A stretch of 64,000 nucleotides of DNA from the human T2T-CHM13v2.0 reference genome, Homo sapiens. Below, one piece after another: positions 45,535 to 59,455 of this stretch. A model generated the notes under the pieces. It was given only the letters and a program-made list of their open reading frames with translations. It did no database searches and was not told the DNA's origin. Position numbers and translations under genes: made by a program. How positions within the stretch are numbered: the stretch's first letter is position 1; each line of letters starts with the position of its first letter. The stretch is from assembly GCF_009914755.1 (NCBI RefSeq), contig NC_060938.1, one strand, 5' to 3'.

Positions 45535-45716
45535 GGCCAGGCACAGTGATGCACACCTGTAGTCCTAGATACTTGGGAGGCTTAGGCAGGAGGATCGCTT
45601 TAGCCCAGGAGCTCAAGGCTGTATGCAGTATGCTATGATTGTGCCTGTGAATAGCCACTGCACTCTAGCCTGGGCAACATAGCGAGACCCTGACTTTAAA
45701 AAAAAAAAAAAAAAAA
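45535..45716 (+). mobile_element. FAM (fossil Alu monomer)
   Basis: cctgtgaatagccactgcactctagcctgggcaacatagcgagaccc followed by an A tail. Confidence 0.85.
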
Positions 45717-46309
45717 CGAGAGAAAAGAAAAAAAATGTGGGTGGGATCTGTAAGAATAGTGGCAGAAGGGTTGAATCCCCAAATGAGTCAAGACATGCTA
45801 AAAATAATCTTAAAAGATACTTTAGTTACATACAGAGCAAGATGATGATCAAAGGGACAGACTTGCTGTGATTAACAATGTAATGCTGAAGAGTGATACA
45901 GAGAAAACAAACCCTCAATTACAGTGAATCCAACAACAGGGATAGTTATAAGGTCCTGTCCTTGTGCACAAAGAAGCCCAAGTACCAAGTAAAGGATGGG
46001 GATGCAGAACCAACCATAGCCTATGTGGAAAGTATTAACAGATCATGGGTTCTGTGGCCTCTAAAAAAGCTTATGTGACACTGGGTGTACTTTCTGAAAC
46101 ACTGCATAGTGCATTTTAGAATAAAGCAGCCAAAGATTCTTATCTGGCCTGGTCAGACTAAATCTGCTAGATGTATTCAGTTAATCCATAAATGGGGTAG
46201 AACAAATTCAGGAGAGAAAATCAGTACAGCAGAGGAATTGACATAACTATTTTTTAAGGAACTACTAAATAAACTTAGGGGTACTATCCCTGGAGAACAT
46301 CTAGAAGGT

Positions 46310-46540
46310 GACATGAGAACTTCCTTATAAGAAGGGGAAGGGACACTAGGGATGCATGTGCACAGAGAAAAGTGAGAACACAGTGAGAAGGTGGCCAAGG
46401 AAAGAGACATCGAGAGAAACCAAACCTGCCAGCACCTTGATCGTGGACTTCTAGCCTGCAGAACTGTGAGAAAATAAATTTCTGTTGTTTAAGCCACCCA
46501 GTCTGTGATACTTCGTTATTGCAGCTCTGGCAGACTAGAT
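46310..46540 (+). mobile_element. MLT1 (MaLR) LTR 3' part
   Basis: gcaccttgatcgtggacttctagcctgcagaactgtgagaaaataaatttctgttgtttaagccacccagtctgtg. Confidence 0.85.
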
Positions 46541-46576
46541 GGTCGACATCCTAAATCAGTAAAGAAAGCAGCAGGG

Positions 46577-46740
46577 GGCTGGGCACAGTGGCTCATGCCT
46601 ATACGCCCAGCACTTTGGGAGGCTAAGGTGGGACGATCACTTAAGCCCAGAGTTTGAGGCTACAGTGAACCAAAGTCATGCCACTCCACTCCAGCCTGGG
46701 CAAGAGAGTGAGACCCTGTCTCTTACAAAAAAAAGAAAAG
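46577..46740 (+). mobile_element. Alu monomer (left/right-arm hybrid or FRAM-like)
   Basis: Single arm; TSD aaagaaagcagcaggg. Confidence 0.75.
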
Positions 46741-47822
46741 AAAGCAGCAGGGAGAAGAAAAAAACCTACAATACTATTGCTAATTCTTTCCTATTCTCTC
46801 TATTCAAACGTGAAAAACATTCCAGAGAATAGTTCTGGGGAGAAGAAGGATTATCCACATTCTATTTTTAAAGTCATACTAACAAATTAAAAGCTTTTCA
46901 AGATCAGGTAAAAGATACAATTAAACCCAAAGATTACTTCTCAACGAATCAAGCTAGGAATTACAGGGGTGGGAGACTTGTATCCACAACCACCTCAAGT
47001 GCTAGAACATCACTCTTTGTTCAGGTAGACTACTGCTGTTCCATTTGCTTGTGTCAAAGGTAAGCTGTTTCACTCACACTTTCTAAATTCTAGAAGAGGA
47101 AAAGCCCTTTTGTAACTTGTTTAGTAACTAGACCACAGCAAATGTTGAGTTATGCCAAAAGTAGGCCCCAACAGGTTTTGAAAGGCAGATGTTTGGTAAG
47201 AATATTGTTAATTCAGCAACAGCCAAGAACTTCCCTAAACTCTGAGCACTACTATAGACACGTTTTGTGTAATATACTTGGCATAGTCCTCTAATTTTCC
47301 TAAAGGTCATTTTCCAGCTTAATGTCATGTATCACCTGGAACAGGTGGCTATATTGAGCTGTTTGAGTATTAAAAACAGACATTTTTCTACCATTAGGTA
47401 ACACTCATTGAGCACATGAAGACACTATTATCAAAAATGAAGAAGATTAAGAAACAAACCATCCTAAGAAAAAGAAAAGGGGGGGGAAACTAAGTAAAAA
47501 GAATGAAGAGGTATGATCCACACTGTTTGAAAGCTCAGATAGCTTAAATACAAATTTATGGAAAGTTGCAGCCTTTTTTCAGAATACAATTATAGCAAAT
47601 GTAAAAATATTTCTTCCTAATTTCTTTGACGTCCTGGGTCAACAAAGCCCCAGGGAACATACCTGTCCATCAACAAAGAAAGCCTCCCTTTAGTTAACAT
47701 GACCAGGGAGGACAAAGGAAAGAAAGAGCCCTACCAACTGTTTGTAGAATAATAAGCAAGAATATGAAGATGGATAATAAAAGCAAAGCACATAAAAGCA
47801 AGACAAAAATATTCCAGGTGTG

Positions 47823-48191
<369 letters not shown>

Positions 48192-48415
48192 TTAGGAGGA
48201 AAAAAAAATCTAAGCATCATTTATGTCAGATAAGACTATGTCTGAGGGATATAGTTTAATCTGGTTTATAATTTTTATTTTTAAATTTCCTTTGGTCACA
48301 GCTTATGTTAGAAATGTTGTCCTCTACTGCTAAAGATCTGTCCCCTCAGGGCACAGCATGCCAAAGGTCAACAGAGCCAGCAATAGCAGTACATTCATGT
48401 GAAGGATATACTTGC

Positions 48416-48482
48416 CTGCTTCTGGATCTGCAGGAATTCTCCACATGTACAGGTTGAAGTCATCAGAGCCCGAAAGGATATA
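48416..48482 (-). CDS. DCAF5: DCAF5 internal exon (67 nt): YILSGSDDFNLYMWRIPADPEA(G), WD40 repeat, GC donor
   Basis: Acceptor ttttttgttccaacag|TAT. LSGSDD..LY.W WD40 motif. The phase-1 end required by the next exon falls at CAG|gcaagt. Confidence 0.94.
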
Positions 48483-48562
48483 CTGTTGGAACAAAAAATA
48501 TATAGATAACATTATATATTATAATATAGAATAAATACAATATGTAACAATAAACATATTAA

Positions 48563-48870
<308 letters not shown>

Positions 48871-48989
48871 TAATATATCTATCTGTACAGAGATTTCCTT
48901 TAAATAAACAAGATAAATGGGCATATATTTATAAGGCACCACACAGCAAACACCCTCTTAAAAATACCTGCAAATCAAAAGGCATGTTA

Positions 48990-49880
48990 GCTAAAACTCA
49001 GCAACGACAACAAAAAATGACCTAATTCAAAAAATTCAAAAAAGGGGCAAATTAGACAGTTCTCCAAAGAAATATACAAATGGCTAGTAAGTATATGAAA
49101 AGATGCTCAACATCACTAATAATTAGAAAAATGCAAATCAAAACCACAATGAAATACTATTTCACACCCATTAGGATGACTATTACCAAAAAAAAAAAAA
49201 ATTGACAAGTATTGGCAAGGATGTGGAGAAAGTGAGAACCCTTGTGCATTGCTGGTGGGAATGACTAACGAACGGTGCAACTGCTGTGGAAAACAATATG
49301 GCAATTCTTCAACAAGTTAAACATAGAACTACCACATGATGCAGCAATTACAATCCTAGGTATATATCCAAGAATTGAAAGCACGGACTCTAAGAGATAT
49401 CTGTATACCCATTTTCATAGCAGCATTATTCACAATAGCCAAAAGGTGGAAACAACCCAAGGGTCTACTGATAGATGAATGGATAAACAAAATGTGGTAA
49501 TACATACAATGGAATATTATTCAGCCTTTAAAAGGAACGAAATTCTGACACATGCTACAACATGGATAAACCGTGACATTATACTAAATGAAATAAGGCA
49601 GAAACAAAAAGACAGATATTGTATGACTCCATTTATATGAGGCACTTAGAGTAATAAAATTCACAGAAACAGCAAGTGGTTGCCAGGAGCTAAGAGGAGG
49701 GAGAATGAAGAGTTAGCGTTTGTTGGGGAGTTTCAGTCTGGGATGATGAAGAAGTTCTGAAGGTAGATAGTGGTGATGGCTGCACAGCAATGTGATTGTA
49801 CTTAATGCCACTGAACTGTGTATTTTTAAATGGTTAAAATGGTAAATCTCATGTTATGTATATTTTACCACAATTAAAAA
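48990..49880 (+). mobile_element. L1M (MA/MB-like) 3' end
   Basis: aaaagatgctcaacatcactaat...gtacttaatgccactgaactgt...ttttaccacaat. Confidence 0.9.
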
Positions 49881-50289
49881 AAAATTTTAATGCAGAACGT
49901 AAAAACTAGGAGCTTCCCAGAGATCTTTCACGTAAGGCCAAGTATCCTGAACTTCCTTACTGCCAGCTGATATCTTTGAGCAGGAAGCCATCACCAACAT
50001 AGCCATGAATTAGTGCCTGGGCATAAGCAGTGGTCTCTTATGTGGCAGCTCCAAACTGCTTGATCTCAAAAAGGACACTGTGCCAGATCTACTCTAATGT
50101 GAACTCATAAAAGTATTGTCTAACATTGTCTAATAGCAACGAGAGAGTAATTTTGAGAGTTCATTTATTTCCAGTGATTAACGTGTTTTACTTTAAGGTG
50201 AGGTCAGCATTACTTCGTCCTGTCTTTTGCCCCCATCTGCTCATTTCCCTGAAAAAGAAAGGCCTACTGTTTTCCTTTTGTGTGTGTGT

Positions 50290-50744
<455 letters not shown>

Positions 50745-51224
50745 TAGAGTTTTCTAAAGAAAATGTCATACTTGAAAATGACATCGAACATCCCCAAAAA
50801 GTGTAAGTCCAACATACACACAACCTCCTGCCTAACATAAATTACTAAATACTGTGCAATCATTTAAAATCAATTTCCTAGCCTTCAAAACACTTGTAGG
50901 AACATGAGAAAAAAGGCAAAGACAGGTGGGTTTAAAGATGAAGAAAATGCTATCTATAGGGATTAGGTAATCAGGGCACAGTGGAAAAAGCAGTGGGCTC
51001 AGTTTCTTTATCTGCAAAATGAGAGAACTGGACTGGTGGCTCTGTAAGGCTCATTTAATTCTAAGATTCTATGATTACACTGTGAAGGAATGTTGGAGGC
51101 TGGATTAGACCTGAAAAGTCCCTAAGCTGCCAGCCCAAGTGATTTGATAAGTCACTCCACAAACATGCTCAAGACAAGGAAACTCATAAGGCCAGTCTTG
51201 TTAAACTTTAATTTAAAAGTTTCC

Positions 51225-52235
<1,011 letters not shown>

Positions 52236-52704
52236 TGAAGCATCAGTGCTTTCCTATTTGTTCGGCTATTCATCAGGGCAAAGCCATGAGAAGGGAAAAC
52301 AGGATTCTCAGACAGAATGCTGACTCAGAAGACTGCCTTAGAAGGAAGAAAACTCTCCCAGAGTTAAGGCCTGTTGGGTTTAATATGACAGCTCCTAAAA
52401 TATGCAGAAAATGCATAGAATGTACAGGCTTCCTCTTAGGGATAAAGGCAACTCCTGATCTCTCTTCCTCTTGGAACTCTTCTTCCACCCACCATAAGAG
52501 AACAGCTAGGGATGATTTTTAGGGAGGGCGTCTTGCCTCGCTGCCATCTAGTAAGGGCATTTAAGTGTTCACACACTCTGGAATCACAAAACTGTCCTGC
52601 AGAATTCATTATGGCATTTCACGGTTGTCTGCTGGATGCCTTCTAGCATTAAAAGTTGGCTGCCTGGGATACTGCTGACTATAAGGACAGAAATAAAAGT
52701 GAGG

Positions 52705-53140
52705 TCATTCCTTTATTCATTAAACAAATATTTATTGAATGTCTAATATGTGTTAGGCATTGTTCCAGGGAAGGGAAGGCAGAGTTGATCAAAAGAGACC
52801 CTGTTCCTGTCCCATGAAGCTTACATTCCATTAATGGGAAGAGGAAAATATTACAGACATATATAATGTGGGTAGAGCAAAAAAAAGTTAAACAAAAAAT
52901 AACATATATATATATAATGTGTCCAGTGGTGACAAATATTACAGAGGAAAATTAAACAGCAGGTTAGCGCATATAGGGAGTGCTGGGGGTTGGGGTGTTA
53001 GTTTCCGTTTTACAGAGGGTGGTCACAGAAGGCCTCTTTGATAAAATGGTATTTTGAATAGAGCCCTGAAGGAAATGAGGCAGCAAGTTATGTGGATATC
53101 TGGGAGAAGAGTATTCCAGGAGAGCAGACAGAGTTCTGGC
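52705..53140 (-). mobile_element. L2 3' fragment
   Basis: tcattaaacaaatatttattgaatgtctaatatgtgttaggcattgttccagg...gggtggtcacagaaggcctct. Confidence 0.75.
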
Positions 53141-54815
53141 TATTTTAAAATATAAGGTAGCCATTAAGAGCTCTTTTGTCTTTTTTTTAAGCTTTGTGGA
53201 AATAAAGATTATTTCAAGTGAGCTGAGTACAGAGATACATTTACTATCATAAGAGCAGCTAGAAAGATTCCTGTCTTCTAAAGCTATGCTGAAAGGATCA
53301 TCCCCTCCTGGACTCAGGCTGGTTGGGGCCACTGAGTGGGGCGCTGCTGATGGTTAGTGCTTAAGAGGACCACCAGGACACTGCAGGTCTAGGCGGGCCA
53401 TCTTACAAATATTTGCTGTGGGATACAAGGAAATATAAGCAAGAAAACAAAGACCAAACAGTGCCAGTGGCACTGTTTCACTACCAAAGGAAACAAACCC
53501 AAAGTACTTCATCGTATTAAAACTTAAGAAACACAGTAATTATTTCAATTAACCAGAAAACTGAACTTCACCTCAAGTAGTGAAATTGGAGGCACAGGTT
53601 TTTCTCTCTGTCTTTTCTTTTATCTTGATGATCTAATTTCAAATAGTACCTGCTCATTCTCACCCAGGAAATCTGGTGTTTGGGGTCTGAAGCTGACCTG
53701 GAGCAAAATGCTTCTGGCCTAGATAACAGAAAGGCTCAACAGCAGATACTCCTATATAAATAGGCAAGCTATAGAAACATAGTAGAAAAATTGGTTACCC
53801 AAAATTCCTATGTTTCATATTTTTTATTTCCTTTTATGATGTATGACTTCACAACCAACGTTCATATTTAATACACTACTGTGAAAAAAACTAAAAATTA
53901 CTATTCAACTTTAGAAAGGCAAAAACTAAATAAAGTGATATGAAGTTTGTGGCCAAATGGGGACATGAATATGAAAAATTCATTGCCTTCTCTAAGTTAT
54001 TTTTTTTAACGTCATTCTAAACATGACGAGGGGGAAACCACAGATTAAAAACTCACTTCATGTTCTGCTTTAGTACTAAAAAAAGGCAATAACAAATGTA
54101 AGAGGAAAAAATAAATAATAAGATTTAAAAGAATATAAGAAAAAATAAAAAACAAAAAAAATGAAACTCACTTCGCACAGCCTTTTATCTTATACTCTAT
54201 TGAGAAGAACAGGGCGGGGCTCCAAGAGGAAGAAAGAATACTTCATTCTTTCTAGATAAATACTTCATTATCTAGGCAATAAAGTCCCCATTTCCCAAAA
54301 CACCCTGAGTTGAGGGGGAGGTAGGAGATCCATAGACTACAATTAGATCAGCGTGGAAGATATATTTAATTTTTGTTTGGTTTTGTGGGTAAGGTGGGAA
54401 ATATCAATGCTAAAATGAACATGAGTTGTGTGGACACACATTATCCATAATCTTTCCCAGCTGGCTACAAAGGTTAAAAGTTGGCCACATTCTGATTCAC
54501 CTCACTTTTCATTCATTCTGTGGTCCAAGAGGGCAAGCTATTTACTGATCTGAATGTTTACTGATCTAGACATTTTAAGTAGGGTTAACCTGAGGCCAGT
54601 GCATGGTGGTGTTTCATCCAATCCACTGTCAGTGTGGAGATACTAACTTGCTCGAGCATAGGAAGAGATCAACAACTCTCTCTCAATAGATTTCAGGAAG
54701 GAACCACCATCATGACCACCACCAAGAACAACACTGAAAAAGATTACTGACTGGTATTTGTCACTGTCTCACTGACCCAAATGTCCTCTGTCAATCCATT
54801 GACCTTTATAGAAAA

Positions 54816-54850
54816 TGTGTGTGTGTATGTGTGTGTTTGTGGTGCGTGCT
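54816..54850. repeat. Imperfect (TG)n microsatellite
   Basis: Visible repeat. Confidence 0.8.
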
Positions 54851-56406
54851 TACACAGGATTTGATCTTCTCCAACATCTGTTGATGAAGAAGGAAACATA
54901 TCAATCAGTTACTATTCATTGAGTACTGATCAACTTACCCAGTTCTCTCCAAAGGCTCCTTCCATAGTAATTGATTAATGATTCTCCAGTAAATGGCATG
55001 CCTGTCTAATTAGCTGTATTGACTAGGACAGAAAAACCAGATGGCTCGCTAGCCTGGATCAGTAACAGCAGAGAGACTGCTATTTAAATTTAAATCAAAC
55101 ACAGCTCTTATTTTCCCCTGACCTTCTGTCAGAAAGGGAAAAACAATGTGATTGAAAACTTTGTGATATGCTCTCTAGATGACTATTTCCAGAAAAAGGT
55201 TTGCTAACTGGCATATAATACACCTTGGATCATACCATTTATAACCAGTGCTTGCCACAAATACCAACCAAAGCAATCAGAGCAAATTTTCTTTGGAAAT
55301 GGGCAAAGCCGTAGATTTATTTTATTTGTGGTAAGAGAAATTTCATTGCCTCCCAATAAAAGCATACAAATACGCATACCCATAAGATTAACACTATTTT
55401 TGCAAGTGAAGTTACATTATTCTTGCTTCTTTGAGCCATTTGCCATTTCAGCTCCATTAGGCTTCTGGATCTTTCAGTTTATTAAAATAACCAACCTTTA
55501 TGGGTTCTGTGTAGAAAAAATTCTATTAATTAAGGAATATTCCATAAAGGCAGCCAATAACAGTCAAATAATCAGCAGAAAAGGAAAAAAGTGCTGTAAA
55601 TTACCAACAGCTGGTTATAACAAAGTGGCCAGCGTTACTTAAAGATGAATCTTTATTTGGCAAACCATTTTGGAAACCTGAGCAAGATGAGGGGCCATTA
55701 ACCATTAGCCCCCCTCCATGGGCTTCAGTTTTTGTATGTGAGGACTGGGGAGTGAGGAGATGATAGCACTCACTTCAGTCCATATATGAGTATTTATACT
55801 CTTCATTCAAGCAAAGGTGTTCCAGCATTCTGAGGAAGTAACATTATTTTTTCTCCAAAGCTTGAAGATATCTCAAAAAGAGGCAAAGCTCTTCTACTAA
55901 AAGTAAAATTTCTAAGGAGGAGGATGAGACAGGTTATACTCTGTTCCCCTTCATTAACATCTACCAGGGATTTCCTAGTGGGGCCAGACTCTTAGCCAGG
56001 AGCCATGCATTAAAGAACTGCCATGTCCTGTCACCAGATTACATCAATTCCACTTGTTCCTAAGAACAATCCAGGTCACCTTGTGCTCCTTTACAACTGA
56101 ACGATTATAAACCAGACCATACCTAGCAGGCCTCACATACTCCAAAACCTTTTAAGCTTTTAAGTTCTAAAATTGCATCAGTAAACAGACTAAAAGACAA
56201 CATAATCCAAAGGTAAAATCTTAATCCAGGATTGATAATACCTGAGCCTCTAGGTTTCAAGAGTTCCATAAACACTTTATTATTATATGGAAAACAATGT
56301 AGATGTGTATATTTTTCTGAGATGACTGTTTATAGCTTTTAGAGTTTCAAAAAGGTCCAGGATTCAAAAAGAGTTATAAATGGCTGATTTAATAAAGTTA
56401 TATTCC

Positions 56407-58782
56407 GGAACTGAGTAGCTGTACTGTCTGGCCCCGTGGTCTAGACACTGCTTGGACAGGATGTCTCACCTGCTGATGAAACTCCTACGCAAGAAGATCA
56501 AGAAGTGGAACCTCAAACTGCGGCAGTGGAACCTAAAGTTGCAGGGGGCCTCAAATCTGACCCTGTCCGAAACTCAAAATACAGATGTGTCTGAAGAAAC
56601 AACGGGAGGTGGAAAGGTTAAAAAATCAAAACATTCTATGAATGTGGGCTTATCAGATGCTCAAAATGGAGACGTGTCTCAAGAAGCAGTGGAAAATATA
56701 AAAGTTAAAAAATCTCCCCAGAAATCCACCGTATTAACCAATGGAGAAGCAGCAATGCAGTCTCCTAATTCAGAATCAAAAAAGAAGAGAAAAATGGTGA
56801 ATGATGCTGAGTCTGATACAAAAAAAGCAAAAACTGAAAACAAAGGGGAATCTGAAGAAGAAAGTGCCAAGTCTCCTAAAGAAACAGAAAATAATGTTGA
56901 GAAGCCAGATGATGAAGATGACAGTGAGATGCCCAGCCTGCCCCTGGGACTGACAGGAGCTTTTGAGGATACTTCATTTGCTTCTTATGTAATCTTGTCA
57001 ATGAAAACACTCTGAAGGCAATAAAAGAAATGGGTTTTACAAACGTGACTGAAATTCAGCATAAAAGTATCAGACCACCTCTGGAAGGCAGGGATCTTCT
57101 TGCAGCTACAAAAACCGTCAGTGGTAAAACCCCAGCTTTTCTCATCCTGCAGCTGAACTCATTGTTAAGTTAAATTTCATGCCCAGGAATGGAACAGGGG
57201 TCCTTATTCTCTCACCTACTAGAGAACTAGCCATGCAAACTTTTGGTGTTCTTAAGGAGCTAATGAGTCACCACGTGCATACCTATGGGTTGATAATGGG
57301 TGGCAGTAATAGATCTGCTGAAGCACAGAAACTTGCTAATGGGATCAACATCACTGTGGTCACACCAGGCTGTCTGCTGGACCATATGCAGAATATCCCA
57401 GGGTTTATGTATAAAAATCTGCAGTGTCTGGTTATCGATGAAGCTGATCGTATCTTGGATGTTGAGTTTGAAGAGGAATTAAAACAAATTATTAAACTTT
57501 TGCCAACACGTAGACAGACGATGCTCTTTTCTGCCACCCAAACTTGAAAAGTTGAAGGCCCGGCAAGGATTTCTCTGAAAAAGGAGCCATTGTATGTTGG
57601 TGTTGATGACGATAAAGCTAATGCAACAGTGGATGGTCTTGAGCAGGGATATGTTGTTTGTCCTTCTGAAAAGAGATTCCTTCTACTCTTTACATTCCTT
57701 AAGAAGAACCAAAAAAAGAAGCTTATGGCCTTCTTTTCATCTTGTATGTCCGTGAAATACCACTATGAGTTGCTGAACTACATTGATTTGCCCATCTTGG
57801 CCATTCATGGAAAGCAAAAGCAAAATAAGCATACGACCACATTCTTCCAGTTCTGCAATGCAGATTCAGGAACACTATTGTGTACAGATGTGGCAGCAAG
57901 AGAACTGGACATTACTGAAGTCAACTGGATTGTTCAGTATGACCCTCCGGATGACCCTAAGGAATAATATTCATCGTGTGGGTAGAACAGCCAGAGACCT
58001 AAATGGGAGAAGGCATGCCTTGCTCATTTTGCACCCAGAAGAATTGGGTTTTCTTCACTACCTGAAATGATCCAAGGTTCCATTAAGTGAATTTGACTTT
58101 TCCTGGTCTAAAATTTCTGACATTCAGTCTCAGCTTGAGAAATTGATTCAAAAGAACTACTTTTTTCATAAGTCAGCTCAGGAAGCATATAAATCATACA
58201 TACAAACCTACGATTCCCATTCTCTGAAACAGATCTTTAATGTTTAATAACTTAAATTTGCCTCAAGTTGCTGTCATTGGTTTCAAGGTGCCTCCCTTTG
58301 TTGATCTGAACGTCAACAGCAATGAAGGCAAGCAGAAAAAGCGAGTAGGCAGTGGTGGATTTGGCTACCAGAAAACCAAGAAAGTTGAGAAGTCCAAAAT
58401 CTTTAAACATATTAGCAAGCAAACATCCAACCGCAGGCAGTTCTCTCACTGAAGACATGCCTTTCTTTCATCTTGAATAACTTTGTCCTAAAATGATTCT
58501 TTTCCTCCCTTGATTTAACAGGATTTTTGTAGCCTTTAGAATTTGGACTTATCTAACAAGAGTATAAATTGAATTCGGTTGCAAGCACTGAACACTGTTA
58601 CTTCTATCAAGTCTCTCTTATTTTTGGGATATAAAACAGGCTTTAATTTTCTTGGTTGCCCAAGGGCAAAGTAAGGAATATCTCATCTTTCTTGTGATGA
58701 TATAATATTTTAATTTTAAATATCCCTCCCTCATACATACAAATGTATGTTACTGTTTTAATTATTTTTGTACCTTTAAAAA
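56407..58782 (+). pseudogene. DDX18P1: Processed pseudogene of DEAD-box helicase DDX18 (5'UTR, CDS remnant 56461-58452, 3'UTR, short A tail)
   Basis: Intronless MSHL.MKLLRKKI...SPTRELA...DEAD...SAT...HRVGRTAR...RQFSH. Frameshifts near 56985, 57148, 57965, 58240 and 58275; in-frame stops at 57545 and 58068. TSD AAAGTTATATTCC at 56394-56406 and 58783-58795. The P1 suffix is from memory. Confidence 0.95.
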
Positions 58783-59124
58783 AAAGTTATATTCCCTCTA
58801 CCTTCTCTTTACAAAACAGAAAGTCTGCCCCCTTCCTCAAAAAAAGTTTCCTAAAACATTCACGCTCTAAAAAAGACATACAAGGAATTCCTCTGCCACG
58901 ACATTCTGTTTTCAGTTCTTCCTCACCAGACCATATCATTGCTTGATCTCTATAACACAGTGGGCAGCATGCCTATGAGCAAGAGGGTACAGTCATAAAC
59001 AAGAAACTGAGTCTAGTCCTGGTTTTGCTAACAATTCGATTTGCCGTTTCACACTACTGTCGGCCTCAGTTTCACGTGAGGATAAAACCTGTCCAATTGC
59101 ACCCAAAGGTTGCTGGGAGCATTA

Positions 59125-59455
<331 letters not shown>

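Noticed and set aside
48330-48415. Read-through of the 67-nt exon ORF into the intron (GKYILHMNV...)
   Set aside because: No WD40 continuation; explained by the GC donor at 48415.
57179-58452. DEAD-box helicase ORFs as a functional retrogene
   Set aside because: Multiple frameshifts and stops, and damaged motifs (Walker A region, TPGC for TPGR, ARELD for ARGLD).
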